Source of the DNA: Octopus sinensis | Taxonomy: Eukaryota | Length of the DNA stretch: 64,000 nt | Direction: 5' to 3' | NCBI RefSeq assembly: GCF_006345805.1 | Contig: NC_042998.1 | Location: 137,826,001 to 137,890,000, forward strand | Part shown: one piece after another, positions 37,400 through 50,724 of the stretch | How the letters are laid out: the number at the start of each line of letters is the position of its first letter | Position numbering within the stretch: the first letter of the stretch is position 1 | The notes under the pieces: generated by a model | The model's input: the letters and a program-made list of their open reading frames with translations, nothing else | What the model was told of the DNA's origin: nothing | Database searches by the model: none | Translations under genes and position numbers: made by a program

Positions 37400-38450
37400 A
37401 GTCATATGAATATGCTATCTACTTAAAAATTCCTCATATTCACAGCGCTCAAATTTAGTGCTACAGTTACTATGAACTTGGAGGAGTACTGAAAAACTTT
37501 GAGTGACAGCTTGAGAAGTTGCTTTCTTAAGGCAAATGTGAAAGAGTAATTGACTGACAAAATGTAAGCGCTGCTTATTTTAGAAATTGATTTTGGTATC
37601 ACAATATCAAGTAACTGTTGTTGCTAAGGTTTTTGTTGATTGTATAAGATGGCCAGTTGTAATTTTGATGAACCTAGTGTCATTGAATATTCAGTGTTTT
37701 GAAGGTTTGTCAAAAATGTTTATTAAATTTCTGATTAGCATATGCAGCAGAAATGGACAAACATGGAAATTTACCTTTAAATTCAAACTGAAGTGATTGA
37801 AATTGTAATACTGCAATGAATGATAAGGTATTAAAATCAGATATTTCACAGTCAAACTTCAGTAACTTGGTAGCAGTTGCTTACTACAATGTTTACTGTT
37901 GTTGTACTGATTAAGTTGAATGCTTTTTCAGAAATATCTTCATAAATCAAAGACAATTCACTATCACTACCAACAAGCCACTGTTGATTGAGTTTATTTA
38001 CATTGTTCAAAGGAAATTTCACTTAGATGTTTGACTGGGTGATATTGATGGTTACATTGGTTCACAAATTACCTGTTGAAATATGATGATATTAATGACA
38101 TACTTTTACAAAATGTCCTATCAGCTTACAGTTAAAGCATTCTTTATGGCCATACGCTGTTTTTAATCCACATCAATAACAAATTTTAACCTGAATCAAA
38201 GTTGATTTCCTCACAGTAGCAACGCTAGAATTATAGTTATTCATGGTAATGCAGTCCATAATAGTAGATTTTTCCATCTGGCTTGTAGAAATGGCATCCT
38301 GTAACATAAAAATTTTTCCAGTTTTATGAGACAAGGCAATGCTCTAACAAATTACCTTCCAATTGGTTTCCTTGTTTAATCTTCAGCAAAATTCATCTCT
38401 AGTAGGGTCTTCTGTATTTCTTGTGTATCTAGATGTGTAGTAGTAGTTGG
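37400..38450 (-). mobile_element. Decayed Helitron (Pif1-like helicase) remnant
   Basis: Minus-strand remnants NNVNKLNQQWL and SLNLKVN...MLIRNL...FNDTRFI resemble Helitron helicase segments (VNKIN..IL; LNLKVG..IMLLRNL...CNGTRL). Many stops. Confidence 0.4.
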
Positions 38451-41126
38451 ATATGTACTAGCTTATTCTGTGTTTATATGGCTAGATCCTTGTCATAAAT
38501 TGCATCCCCTATTTATGAAGGTAGTTTTTGAATTTAATTAAATTTCAAAATTTTCAATAGTTTTTTCTAAACAGAATTTTGTTTGTTTGACCAACATAGT
38601 AGATGATGAAGGCCAGCATAAAAAGTAATATCTAGCCTACATATTAAATATTTGAATTTGCAGGCTTATGTAACTTTGTTATGGATTAGAACACAGGTAG
38701 AAATTGTGCACCATCTTGTATGGAAACATAAACTTTTCTGAGGACCCCCGCCACCATAAAAAAATCTGATTGTAAAGAGTGAACAATATCAACCATAATA
38801 TATTACTGATACTATTTTATCAATTTTGGCATATGAGAATGCATAGTCAACACTAGTGGAATTGGAATTTAGAAATGTGTAACATTAAGTGAGACACAGT
38901 AAAATTAGCTTTTTATATCCTTCACACCAACTGTACCTTCCAATTATTTCTTACACTATTAATAGACAATAATTCAGTGGCAATGAAGGAAACCTGTCTA
39001 ACTGAAGCAGGATTAAAATGAGGATAAAGGTAGGATAAGCTCTCTTCACATTTAGGCTGTGATAACTTTTTGCACTTAAATGATAACAAAATTAAATATA
39101 GAAATTTTCATTTTATATTTCCTTTCCATGTTGGTTTGTGTTGGAAAGGATGTCATGATTATTGTCAGTTCTTATTTGGAGTTACTTTTTTCCTTGATGA
39201 TTTAATACCCCACGTTTTTGCTTGTATGTTAAATTTTTTTATTAGTTTCATTGGTTGGATCCCCTTCTTAGCACTAACCATTTTTATTGAGTGCACTATG
39301 TGTGTTTCCTCATGGCAACAGCACTAGAGAGGGCCTCGACAAAACCAAAGAGACCTCTCTACTCTAGGTTCTTTTCCTTCATTTTCCAACCACTTTACAT
39401 TGTGTAAAAACATTGTTGAAATTCATTTCAAACCCCATTTTGTATTTAACAATAATTACCCCACCCAGCAGTTCATTGAATTGATAGCTTGTGATTAGAT
39501 GTTAGCTGAGGCTTTTTATTAATTATTGCATTTGATTTTATAAACCACATATATTAGTATAATGTCTAGTTTTCCTTGCTTATATTAAGTTGGTTGGCTT
39601 TTTAATACATTATCATTATGTTTGAATCTTGTTTTGTAACATCTATGAAGTCTGATATTCTCATGTCTAACTTAGCTACTTTCTAAATTTCCCTTGGCCT
39701 GCCTCTATTAATGGTATCCTCTACTATCAATTTGCATCTCATATACAGCATTCATTTTCATTCACAATACAGCCTTGTGGCTCTCTGGTTCCTGTCAAAT
39801 TGTTCAACCTATGCTGAAATGGAAACTAGATGTTACATCATCATTATCATCATTGTCATCATCATCATGATGATGACCAGTTTGTCATAACTCCTGAATA
39901 CTAATGTTTCTTATGACTTCTACTTCTCAACTCACTTGTTCGACTTTTCTCTTAAGTTAACATTACTCATCTGGCAAGTCATTTTCAATTCATTCTGCTT
40001 CAGTTATATTGTCTGTTTATGTCTATGTATGCATATCTTTCTACTTGACTTTCTTGTTCTTGATGCATTGTTGGTTTCAAATAACAAATGATCTTCTGAA
40101 TATATTTGTTCATCATTGTTGTTATTATTGCAAGGTCTGTAGCATTGAAATAACAATTCAAATTTTTGAGTGACCATTGCATCTATCATAGCATATAACC
40201 ATGTTTCTGTGAATCTTCTGCATTCATTTCCTAGATTTTATTGTCATATAGCATCATATTTCTTGCATCTCATATAACCTGATTTTTATTATGAGAAACA
40301 AACGCCTTGTTTAATTTTTTAATGTTTTTTTTGTATTATGAATTAATTATTTAAAGGAAGAAGAAGGGTTGCACCTGTGACTTTTGTAGGTTCTTTCACA
40401 CCAGTGAAGTTGATTTTTAATTTTTAATTTCCACTCCTGTTATTCATGAATGTGAGCAGAGAGAGAGAGACAAGAAGATATACATGACTGTGTGGTAAGA
40501 GTTTGCATTCCAACCACATGGATCTAAGTTCATCCCACTGTGTTGTACCACGGGCAAGTGTCTTCTACTATAACCTTGGGCTTATCAAAATTTTGTGAGT
40601 TGATTTGGTCGACAGAAGCATATATATATATATAAAACAAAGTTATTTTATTCCACAGAGGTAGAAATATAGGAGAAATAGAAGTTGAAAATGCACTAAG
40701 AATAGTTAAAATATTTTTTATTTATATATTTAAAGCTTTAACTGGTTTCACAGTTTACACTGATCTTCATAAAGTTAAATAGGAAGACGTGGTTTATGTT
40801 GCAGCTGTCTTGCTTCTGATTAGTGTTTGAAGCTTGCTCTATTTTTATAGGGAGTTCATGGCTCAAATTAGTATATGTTCTGAATGGGATTTGATTGGTA
40901 AAGGATAGTCACATGACTGGTCTTAGAAATTTTTGTAGGTTCCTTGTTACATCTGTGTGTTAGTATGAAGTGACAATGTTTGGTGTTGTAAGTTAATTCT
41001 GACACAGTTGATTGAAGAAGTCTAAACAGTCAATGCTCTGAATGTTTTCTGTCAAGTGTTTGCAGAGAATGAACACATGATTAAGTTTACAACCTTTTGT
41101 ACGTTTCCCTCTATGTTTGTGCATTA

Positions 41127-41738
41127 GTGTCAGGTGACAGTATATTTTGCACCTAAAAAGAAGGCCGACATGGTTGAAGTGGACATAGTTATAATCAAGG
41201 CACTCCAAATTTAATCTGTCTGGTGGGAGAGTGGACAGGTGTCATTTGTATGTAGCGGAATGGCTAAAATTTAGGTTGTTAGCTGTGTAGTTTCCTTGTG
41301 ATAAATGGAAGAAATAGACTGAGCATTCACCAACAACAAATACAAGACCCCAGTACTAGACAGATTCCAATGAGTGGTCACATAGCCATATGTGTAAAAA
41401 ATAAGTCTACCAAATTCCAGGTCTTCCCACTCTACCTATGTTCAGTGAATACCACAGATAAAAGCATGGATAAGCAAAGAAAATACTTTCATACAAAAGT
41501 ATAAACCAAGACTTAACAAACTTTAGCAGAATCCATACACATATAACTATTCACACACAAAATTCAGTCTTCCATTTATCACAAGGAAGCTACACAGCTA
41601 ACAACCTAAATTTTAGCCATTCCACTACATACAAACGATGCCTGTCCACTCTTTCACCAGACAGATTAAACTTGGAGTACCTTGATTATACAAACCATGT
41701 CAGGCTTCTTTTTAGGTGCAAAATATACTGTCACACAC
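41127..41738. mobile_element. Foldback/MITE with about 180-bp inverted arms
   Basis: 41134-41312 is the reverse complement (about 85-90% identity by eye) of 41568-41734, with a spacer of about 255 bp; outer ends ta|gtgt...acac|ta. Confidence 0.8.
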
Positions 41739-43534
41739 TAAGAGATGCGTGTGTGTTTGGTACACGTCTATCTATCTATCCATCTCTTTCCCTTTCTCTC
41801 TCTCTGTCTCTCTGAGCAGGCCAAAGCCTTGCGAATGGATTTGGTAGACAGAAACAGATCAAAGCCAATCATTTATATGTGTGTGGATGTATCTATGAAT
41901 GTGTGTACGTATGCCTGTGTGTGTATGTTTGCATGTATGTATAAGTATACATCCCCCAACTTTCATCACCGTTGCTTCTTTTTCATGTCTTTTCTGTTAA
42001 AGTTGTTCTTATTTTCATTGTTTTGGATTTCTTTTGTTTTTCTTTTATCTCCCAAGGGAATTCATTGACAAGCTTTTTTCATTTACATTTTTCATTCATT
42101 TAAAATTTAATTATGGTACACATTCGTATTTTTATTTCCTCATCTGGCTTGAAATTTTCAGTTAACATTTTAATCTAAGTAAATAGATGACTCATCTATG
42201 TACTTTGATCTTAACATGGGGCTCCTCAAATGTGGAGGCCCCCTGTAACCGCAGGGGTTGCAGGGGCTTAGCAACGGCCCTGTATGTATATATCAATGTG
42301 TGTGTGCCTTTGTGTCTGTTTTTGTCCCCCATCACCGCTTGACAACTGGTGTTGGTGTGTTTATGTCCCTATAACTTAGTGGTTTGGCAAAAGAGACCAA
42401 TAGAATAAATACCATGGGTATAAGTACTGGGGTTGATTCATTCGGCTAAAAACCCTTCAAAGTAGTGTCCCAGCATGGCGGTAGTCAAATGACTGAAACA
42501 AGTAAAAGATAAAAGATATATATATGGGCCTGGGATTATAGCTATAGAAGACACTTGTCCATCTTGGCTCACAGTAGGATTGAACATACTGTGTACCACC
42601 ATGTGGTAGGGAAGCAAAGCTCTTAATGACACCATCACACCTGTGTCTATTTATAGACATACATAAATAATCATGTACTTTCTAGCAAGTGAATTTTGAA
42701 AACTTCAAACAGGTTTACATATTATGCTAACCTGTTTATGTATTATGTATTTGTTGGAGAATCAGGAAAGGATTTCACTGAACTATCTATTAATATGATA
42801 ATCAGTGAAATATGAGACATCATTCTTGTGTAATTGGAGTGGGATGGTAACTATGGTTCCAGTATGCTTCCATAAGTGCTATACTTGTGAATTAAAAGCA
42901 CATGAAACCATCTGCAATTTGCATGCAAACTGCCTTCTATTAAACTTGATTAAAGATAAAATTATTTTTCACTTGGTTTACCTATTGAATGATATTATGC
43001 AGTGACTTATTTTGTTATCAATTCATCATCATCATCATCATTGTTTTGATGTCCCCTTTTCCATACTCATATGGGTTAGAACAGAATTTCTTAAACCAGA
43101 TTTTCTATGGCCAGATGCCCTTTCAGTTACCAACTCTCACTTGTTTTCTAGCAAGGTAATATTTCCCTATGGGAAACTGGAAATATGACACTGCTTGTAT
43201 GGCAGTGATACTTGTTTACAATTATTATGAAATCCTAGAATGAGGAGGTGCAAACACATACACACAGTCTCTGTCTCTTACACATATATCTTTATCTTTT
43301 ACTTGTTTCAGTCATTAGACTGCAGCCATGCTGGGGCACTGCCTTGAAGAATTTTTAGTAGAATGTATCAACCCCACTAGTTATTATTTGTTTTTTATAA
43401 GCCTGATACTTATTCTATTGGTCTTTTTTGTTTTTTGCTGAACTGGTAAGTTACAGGAATGAAAATGCACCAGCACTGGTTGTGAAGTGGTGGTGGGACA
43501 AACACAGATACAAAGATACACACACAAACACGAA

Positions 43535-43566
<32 letters not shown>

Positions 43567-43721
43567 AGTAGCTGTGTGGTAAGTAGCTTGCTTACCAACC
43601 ACATGGTTCTGGGTTCAGTCCCACCACATGGCACCTTGGATAAGTGTCTTCTAATATAGCCTTGGGCTGACCAAAGCCTTGTGAGTGGATTTGGTAGACA
43701 GAAATTGAAAGCAGCCCATCG

Positions 43722-43801
<80 letters not shown>

Positions 43802-43820
43802 TGTGTGTGTGTGTGTGTAT
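43722..43820. repeat. (TA)n/(TG)n microsatellite inside a SINE
   Basis: Direct reading. Confidence 0.95.
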
Positions 43821-44588
43821 GTTTGTTCTCCCCCCCCCACCATTGATTGACGTCCAATGTCGGTGTGTCTACGTCCCTGTATCTTAGCAGTTTGGCAAAA
43901 GAGACCACTAGAATAAGTACTAGGCTTACAAAGAATAAGTTCTGGGGTTGATTTGTTAAACAAAAGCCGGTACTCCAGCATAGCTGCAGTCAAATGACTA
44001 AAACAAATAAAAGAATAAATATATATATACAACGAGATTCTTTCAATTTCCATCTATCAAATCCACTTGCAAGGCTTTGGTTGGCCCGAGGCTATACAAG
44101 AAGGCACTTGCCCAAGGTACCATGCAGCAGAACTGAACCCGGAACCATGACGCTTCTTACCACACAGCCATGCCTGCACTTGTCTTCAATATAGTTTAAA
44201 AAAATTTTTATTATGGACTTCTGCTAACACATGCACAATGATATACAGTAACCTATTTTATACTCACTTCAGCCTGAATGAAGTGTTCATGAGCAGACTA
44301 AAGTTTATGCACAAACACAAATATCCTGCCATTTGAATTTCTACTTGGCATCCATTAAATGTTTGAATATCCTTATGACTTTTTTTAAAGCTTATGTTTC
44401 ATTGTCTTTTTTCCAGTTAATATTCTTCATTTATTCATCATTGTTTTTTTAATATTAAATGCACATTTTGTTAACAACTGCTTTGCAATATTTCATCTTA
44501 CAGTTGTCTGCTTTGAATTTTACATTTTCAACTTTTGCATGCTTTTCTGGCATTCTACTAAAAATTGATATTTCACTGCTTAGCATAC

Positions 44589-45241
44589 CTACACATGTGT
44601 GCCACCCCAACCCCAACTTTGTTTCCTCATAACTTCCAGAAAAATTGATAGTTTTTTAATAAAGTTTTCTACAAATATACTTCAGATAATGTAGATTTTG
44701 ATTATATTGGAATTTGTGCAAAATTTTTTTCTTTGGTAGGGAGAGGAGTTTTGGACAATTCATACAAGTTGGATTTGTTTCCTTAAAACTTTCAGAAAAA
44801 TGGGTATTTTTTGATGAAATTTTTTATAGATACTTTCCAGAGTGTGTAGATTACGATTATATTGGAGTTTAATCTGACAAAATAAAAATTGTGAGCTCAC
44901 ACACATATATACTGACATGCATCACACATTGCAGAATTTAACTTGAAATTTAAAAAAGAATTGTGATGTGTGTCAGTATGTTTGTGTGCATGCCTACCAG
45001 TTGTAATTTACATATTCTGAAAGGTATCAGTAGAAAATTTCATTTAAGAATACCCACGCAAAGCTGACTCATGAATTTTCTGAAATTCCTCTCCCATCCA
45101 TCAGAAAAATATTTTCACAGTAAATTTTGATATAACCGAAATCTACACCATCTGAAGCATATTTGTAGAAAATTTCATTAAAAAATATCCATTTTTCTGA
45201 AAGTTATGTGGAAACAAAGTTGTTGGGGCACACTTGTGTAG
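44589..45241. mobile_element. About 650-bp foldback palindrome with internally duplicated arms
   Basis: Outer ends ctacacatgtgtgcc / ggcacacttgtgtag. Pairing continues inward, with gaps, to a loop at about 44928-44962. The subunit 'ttcagaaaaatgg.tattttt.atgaaatttt...gtagatt.cgattatattgga' occurs twice in the left arm. Confidence 0.8.
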
Positions 45242-45480
45242 ATATCCCTGTTGCTTTAACAATGATAAATTTACTTTTACTATTTTTCTTTTCAACATAA
45301 GTTGATACTAAATATCTACATATTGGCTTGCTTTGCTTTCCTTTCATTTTGTATATAACAATATTTGACTGTATAGCTGCATGTTATATATAAACAAGCA
45401 ATACACTTCTTTTGTTTGGTTTGCATCAAAAGGGTGACAATAATGTGAATGAGATGGGCTCAATTTTTCACTACACATAT

Positions 45481-46880
45481 CATCATCATCATTGTTCGAC
45501 CGTGGTTGAGACAATGGAATTTACCATGCTACGCCAGACTTCACGGTCCATTATGGCATTATGGAGGTCCTGTTGCTGGATGCCTGTATCCCTGGAGATT
45601 ACATCAGGGTAGGAGAGTGTGCGCTCTCTGGCATTGCAAGTAGATAGCTTCCAGCAGAGGAGAGTAGAAATTACCTCTTTTTCAGCTCTACAACAATGTC
45701 CAGCAAACTGGACTCTCCTACCTTTCACAAGAGATGACATAGGTGGTAGTTTCCCATATATTTGCATTTTGGTTGGATGGCGCTTCCATGAGAGATTTTG
45801 AGCTCTCATAAGGAGGCAAGTGTAGGTTCCATCCAACCGCCTCTCAAGCTTCTTTGATAACATCCAGGTTTCTGAGCCATATAGTAGAATTGGTTTGACT
45901 GTGGCTTTGAAGATTTCAAGTTTGAAGTCTCTACTTAGATTTGATGACCAGATCTTATGCATGTCATTACAGGCTGACCAGGCCATACCCTTTCTAGTTA
46001 GAAAATCTTTTCCACATGATGATATGTATGACCCAAGATATTTGTAATCAGAAACCATATTTAAGGGCGCATTGTTGAGAGTATGGATGATGCAATCATT
46101 GTTGGACAGGCACTTGTTTATATATTCAGTCTTGGCCTCATTGAGGTAAAGACCTACACAATTTGAGGCTTGTTCGAGAGATTGTAAAAGAGACTGGGCA
46201 TTGGAGAGAGAATCACTGATAAGCGCGATGTCGTCAGCAAAGTCAGTGTCTGTCAAGTATTCAGCTGGGTGTCTGGAACTTCTTGGTTTTATTTCAAAGC
46301 CCTTGCCAGAGATGGTATCAACTGACATACGTAGCACATAGTCAATGACAATGATGAAAAGAAATGGGGCGAGTGTGTCTCCCTGCAGTATTCCGGCTTT
46401 GATTGAGAAAGATGATGTTTCTCCGTCAGGGGTTAAGATGGTTGAAGACGTATCTGTGTAGAGGACTTTGATGGCAGAAATGATTTTGTCTGGTATCCTA
46501 TAGAGCTTAAGGATTTCAAACATCTTGTACCTATCTACAGAATCAAACGCTTTAGAAAAGTCTACAAATACCATTGCAAGATCGCGATTAAATGCTTTTG
46601 ATTCTTCAATAAGTCTGCATAGGCATAGTATCTGGCTCAGCGTTGAGCACCCATCTCTGAATCCATTTTGGTTCTTTCGGAGCAAAGGTTCAACAAAAAG
46701 GACAAGACGATTTAGAATCAGTTTGTTGTACAGTTTTGCAGCAATTGACATTAGAGATATACCCCTGTAGTTGGTGATGAGAGATAAATCGCCTTTTTGG
46801 GGTATTGGGATGATTTGAGATTGGTGCCAAATCTTTGGAGCGACAAAGGTGGAAAGTGTGTGGTTGCAAATTTCGTTAAG
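45481..46880 (-). mobile_element. Young 5'-truncated RTE-clade LINE with open RT frame and 11-bp TSD
   Basis: Open frame of about 463 codons (NYRGISL, QNGFR, FVDFSKAFDSV, ILQGDTLAP, DFADD, YKYLGS). TSD ACTACACATAT at 45470-45480 and 46881-46891; (TGA)n tail. Confidence 0.95.
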
Positions 46881-47025
46881 ACTACACATATACATAGATA
46901 GGATAACATTATATACGATGATATTGTGTTTAATAACAAATACTAACTGTATTAAAAATGCATCAAAGTGTCTGTATGTGTGTGTATCATCATCATCGTT
47001 TAGCGTCCGCTTTCCATGCTAGCAT

Positions 47026-47028
<3 letters not shown>

Positions 47029-47105
<77 letters not shown>
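47029..47105. repeat. (TA)n microsatellite
   Basis: Direct reading; interrupts an RTE-tail fragment. Confidence 0.95.
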
Positions 47106-47108
<3 letters not shown>

Positions 47109-47559
47109 TGGGTGCATTTATGCAGCACTGGCATGAATGCATTTTATGTGACACCAATACCTGTAAGGGACATGCCTGTATGTCTGGCTGACTTTGATTC
47201 TACTTGGCGTGATGCGACTTCTCAATTATAGCATGACAAGGTGAAATGTAGCAGTCATGTTATGCTCACATCAAGAAAACACCATTGCACTCCCCAATCA
47301 CCCATTAAACATGAGCAGCACTCATTAAGAGACCTCGTGGTTTCTCTGATTGTTATGTCTTTTATTGCTGAGGATCTCAGCTAGCGAAAACATATCCTTA
47401 CCATAGCTAGGAAAGAATCCTTCAAAACAGGCTCTTCTCAACAATTGCTGAGACTTTGCACCCACAATAGAGAATTGACCCCACATTTGGGATGTATGTA
47501 TAACTGTGAATATGTATATTTAACATAGGCCTGCGTATAACTGTATATATATGTATATG

Positions 47560-48710
47560 TATATTTAACATGACTGCTCACTAAGAAACATCTGCAATAC
47601 CAGTCTGACCTCTATCACAGTTTCATCAGCTTCAAAAAAGCTTTTGACCATGTTTGGCATAATGAGTTATGACCGGTGATGAAGAATTACAAATTCAACA
47701 ACAACCTCATTGAAGTAATCCAAGCACTGAAAGAAAACTCATGCAGTGCAGTTCTCATGAAGAGCATCAGAAAATTCTTCAGGACAACAGTGAACGTTCA
47801 ACAAGGATGTCTTCTCTTTCCAGTGCTTTTCAATATCTTCCTGGAGAACATTATGCAGGAGACAGTTCAAGACCACCCCTCTGTTTCCATTGAAGGATAG
47901 CCCATTTCCAATCTGTGCTTTGTTGATGATATTGACCTGTTAGGAAGCAGTGAAACAGAACTATAGGTGCTCACAACTAGACTAGAAAAAGTATCAGGAG
48001 CACATGGGATGGAGATCAGATCAGAAAAGAGCAAGATCCTGGTTGATACTAACAACCAAAACATAGCAATCAACATCATGCTAAATGGATAGAGACTTGA
48101 TAAAGTGGACACTGTCAAGTACCTAGGAACCACTTTGACCCAAGGATGCCAGATCTCAAAAGGATGTAACAACAGTTTAACCTCTGCTGCCATAACAATG
48201 CTGAACACCATATGGAAAAACATTTCCATTAGTTTTCCAATGAAACTCAAAGTGTACATTTCTCTAGTCCTGTATGGTTGTGAGAGCTGGACTCGTATAA
48301 CTGACATAGAAGCAAAGAATCCAGGCATTTGAGCACAAGTGCTTCAGAAGGCTGCTACATATCCATACACAGCACAAAATGAACAGCTTTGTGAGACAAC
48401 TAGTCAACAAATACACTGGCTGACAGGAACCACTCTTTGTGTAGGTAAAAAGACAAAAACTTGCCTAGAACAGTCATGTATCCTACCAAAACTCCCTGTC
48501 TGAAACCATTCTTCAGGGCACAGCTGCAGGAGCATGAAAGAGAGGCAGACAGAGAAAGTTCTGGATTGACAACATCAAGGACTGGACAGGTCATTACACA
48601 GTAAACCTGTTACACATAACAGAACAGAGACCACTGGTATGGCTGACTAGAAAAGCATCTAGACTGGCACCCCAATGACTGGTTGCATCAATTAAGGGAT
48701 CTTGATGATT
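47560..48710 (+). mobile_element. Decayed RTE-clade LINE (RT to 3' end)
   Basis: FISFKKAFDHVWH, VQQGCLLFPVLFNIFLENIM, FVDDIDLL, VKYLGT and LYGCESWT motifs, with stops and frameshifts. Confidence 0.85.
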
Positions 48711-50659
48711 ACATATGTATATGAATGTTTGCTTGTTATTGTCTGAGTGAAATGCTGATATGCTTATATTCCTTCTTAACATTACAATGAGTTACTCTGC
48801 ATGTTTAGAGACCAGTGAAGTATATAAACCATCTACTTGAAAAATAAATGAGAGTTGGCAACAGGATGGACATCTGGCTATAAAATGCTGCTTCAAACAG
48901 TCTCAATCTAACCCATGCTAGCATGATAAAAAAGATGTTAAATGAATGAATGACCATTAACTGCATTAATTTTGCTCAGTTGTCCTCATCACATCAAACC
49001 AATTGGCACTGCTTGTCCTTTAACTGTGTGAAGAAGATTTTTATTCCAATAACACCCATGTATCTATGCTTGGAGATAATTTCTGTGAGTGAGACAAAGT
49101 AAATATGTATTTAATTAGCTGTCACATTTAAGCCCTTTATAAACCTGTTGTCTTTGAATCTTACCCCAACCTGTAATGGTTAATTACCTGATTGTAAGAT
49201 AATATTTTGTTAATCCTGTCAATAGATTCAATGTCACTGTTACTTCAATAATATTCTACTCAGCTATAAACAAGTAGTTACCAAGACAAAGCAACAAATA
49301 TTGTCTCTGTTACTAAGGTAGCCACAGCTTTGTCATGTTTCAGGTAGCATGCGTCATCTCTATTTATAACAGATGTTTGACAGCCGTAAAATAATTCCTG
49401 TCATTATTATCTTACATTTTGCTAGAAGATTTTCTTTTCTAGATTTTTAAAAATGTCTGATAGATTACCTTTCTTTTTTAGAAACTTGCAAAAAATATTT
49501 TTAATCTTTTTTTCTGTGGTCAGGAGGGAAGGCAGCACCCATGACTTTTTACAGGATCTCTAAAACTTGGTGGATAGGGAAGAGTGAGAAAAGGAGAGAG
49601 GGAGATAACCTCAACTAGAGACCTAACCTGAATGCTTGCAAAACAGTGGATTCTGTTAACAGCAATCAAGGTAGCCAGGTGGTAGTGTTAAACTAAGCAA
49701 TGAATTAAGTCTAACATCTAAGTAAGCTATGGCAGGATTTAAGGCATATGGTCTAAATTCTTACAGTTCTGCTAATCCTCCACCATGAATTGGTATTTCT
49801 TTTATTGACTCCTGAAAGGATAAAAGATAAAGTTGACTGGTAATTATATTAAACTATGAGGACCTGTGGAAATTCTACAGTGTAAATGAGCATATTTGAA
49901 AACATTTTTTTATTATATTAAACACAAGTAAAGAATTAAATAAAAAATTCTTTTGAAATCTTTTGAAAAATTCTTTTGAGATGTCATTTAATCAAAACTG
50001 TATTTTCAAATATAATTGAAATGAACCGAGAAGGTATTATTTATTTTCCTTCTTTTAATATATTTGACAGATATGGTGTGCTTTATATTTTAAAGAAATA
50101 TAACATGAATTAAAGTGATCAAACTTATATATGTAAAAAAAAAAAAACTACACTTTTTGCTGTCTAACCACCACCAAGGCTCAGTCAAAGTTATTTACCA
50201 ATTGAGATTATTTCTATCTCTTTTCATTTCAGTTTAGTTCAGCTACATATCTACTTTTATATCTCTTAATATATCTCTCTATCTGCATATTTTTCATATA
50301 TCTGTAGACTCACCTATCTAGCTATCTATCTATTTAGCTAGCTAATTAACTGTCAAATCTGCACATTCCTTTCGGTATCTGTCTATTCTCATAATACTGA
50401 TAAGTGTTTAAACCAAATAACAAAAAAAAAAAAAAAAAAAAAAAAACTGGTGGTGCCCCTGCATGGCTATAGCCTTTGGTCTTCAACATGTAGAAGATAA
50501 AAGCTTTACACCCACAACTATTTACTACCTAAGGTTATTTTACTTTCATTTAACTATCTATCGATATATCCTTCGATGCATAAATTTATAAATCTTCATG
50601 ACATTGTTTTGCTATGTGCTTGCAATTTGAACATACAAATACAGAATAATAGAGACCTT

Positions 50660-50696
<37 letters not shown>

Positions 50697-50724
50697 CTCC
50701 CCTTCTCCCCTTTTTGTGTATATA

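Noticed and set aside
42183-42199. Perfect palindrome atagatgactcatctat centred on an AP-1 site
   Set aside because: 8-bp arms are expected about once by chance in 64 kb of AT-rich DNA.
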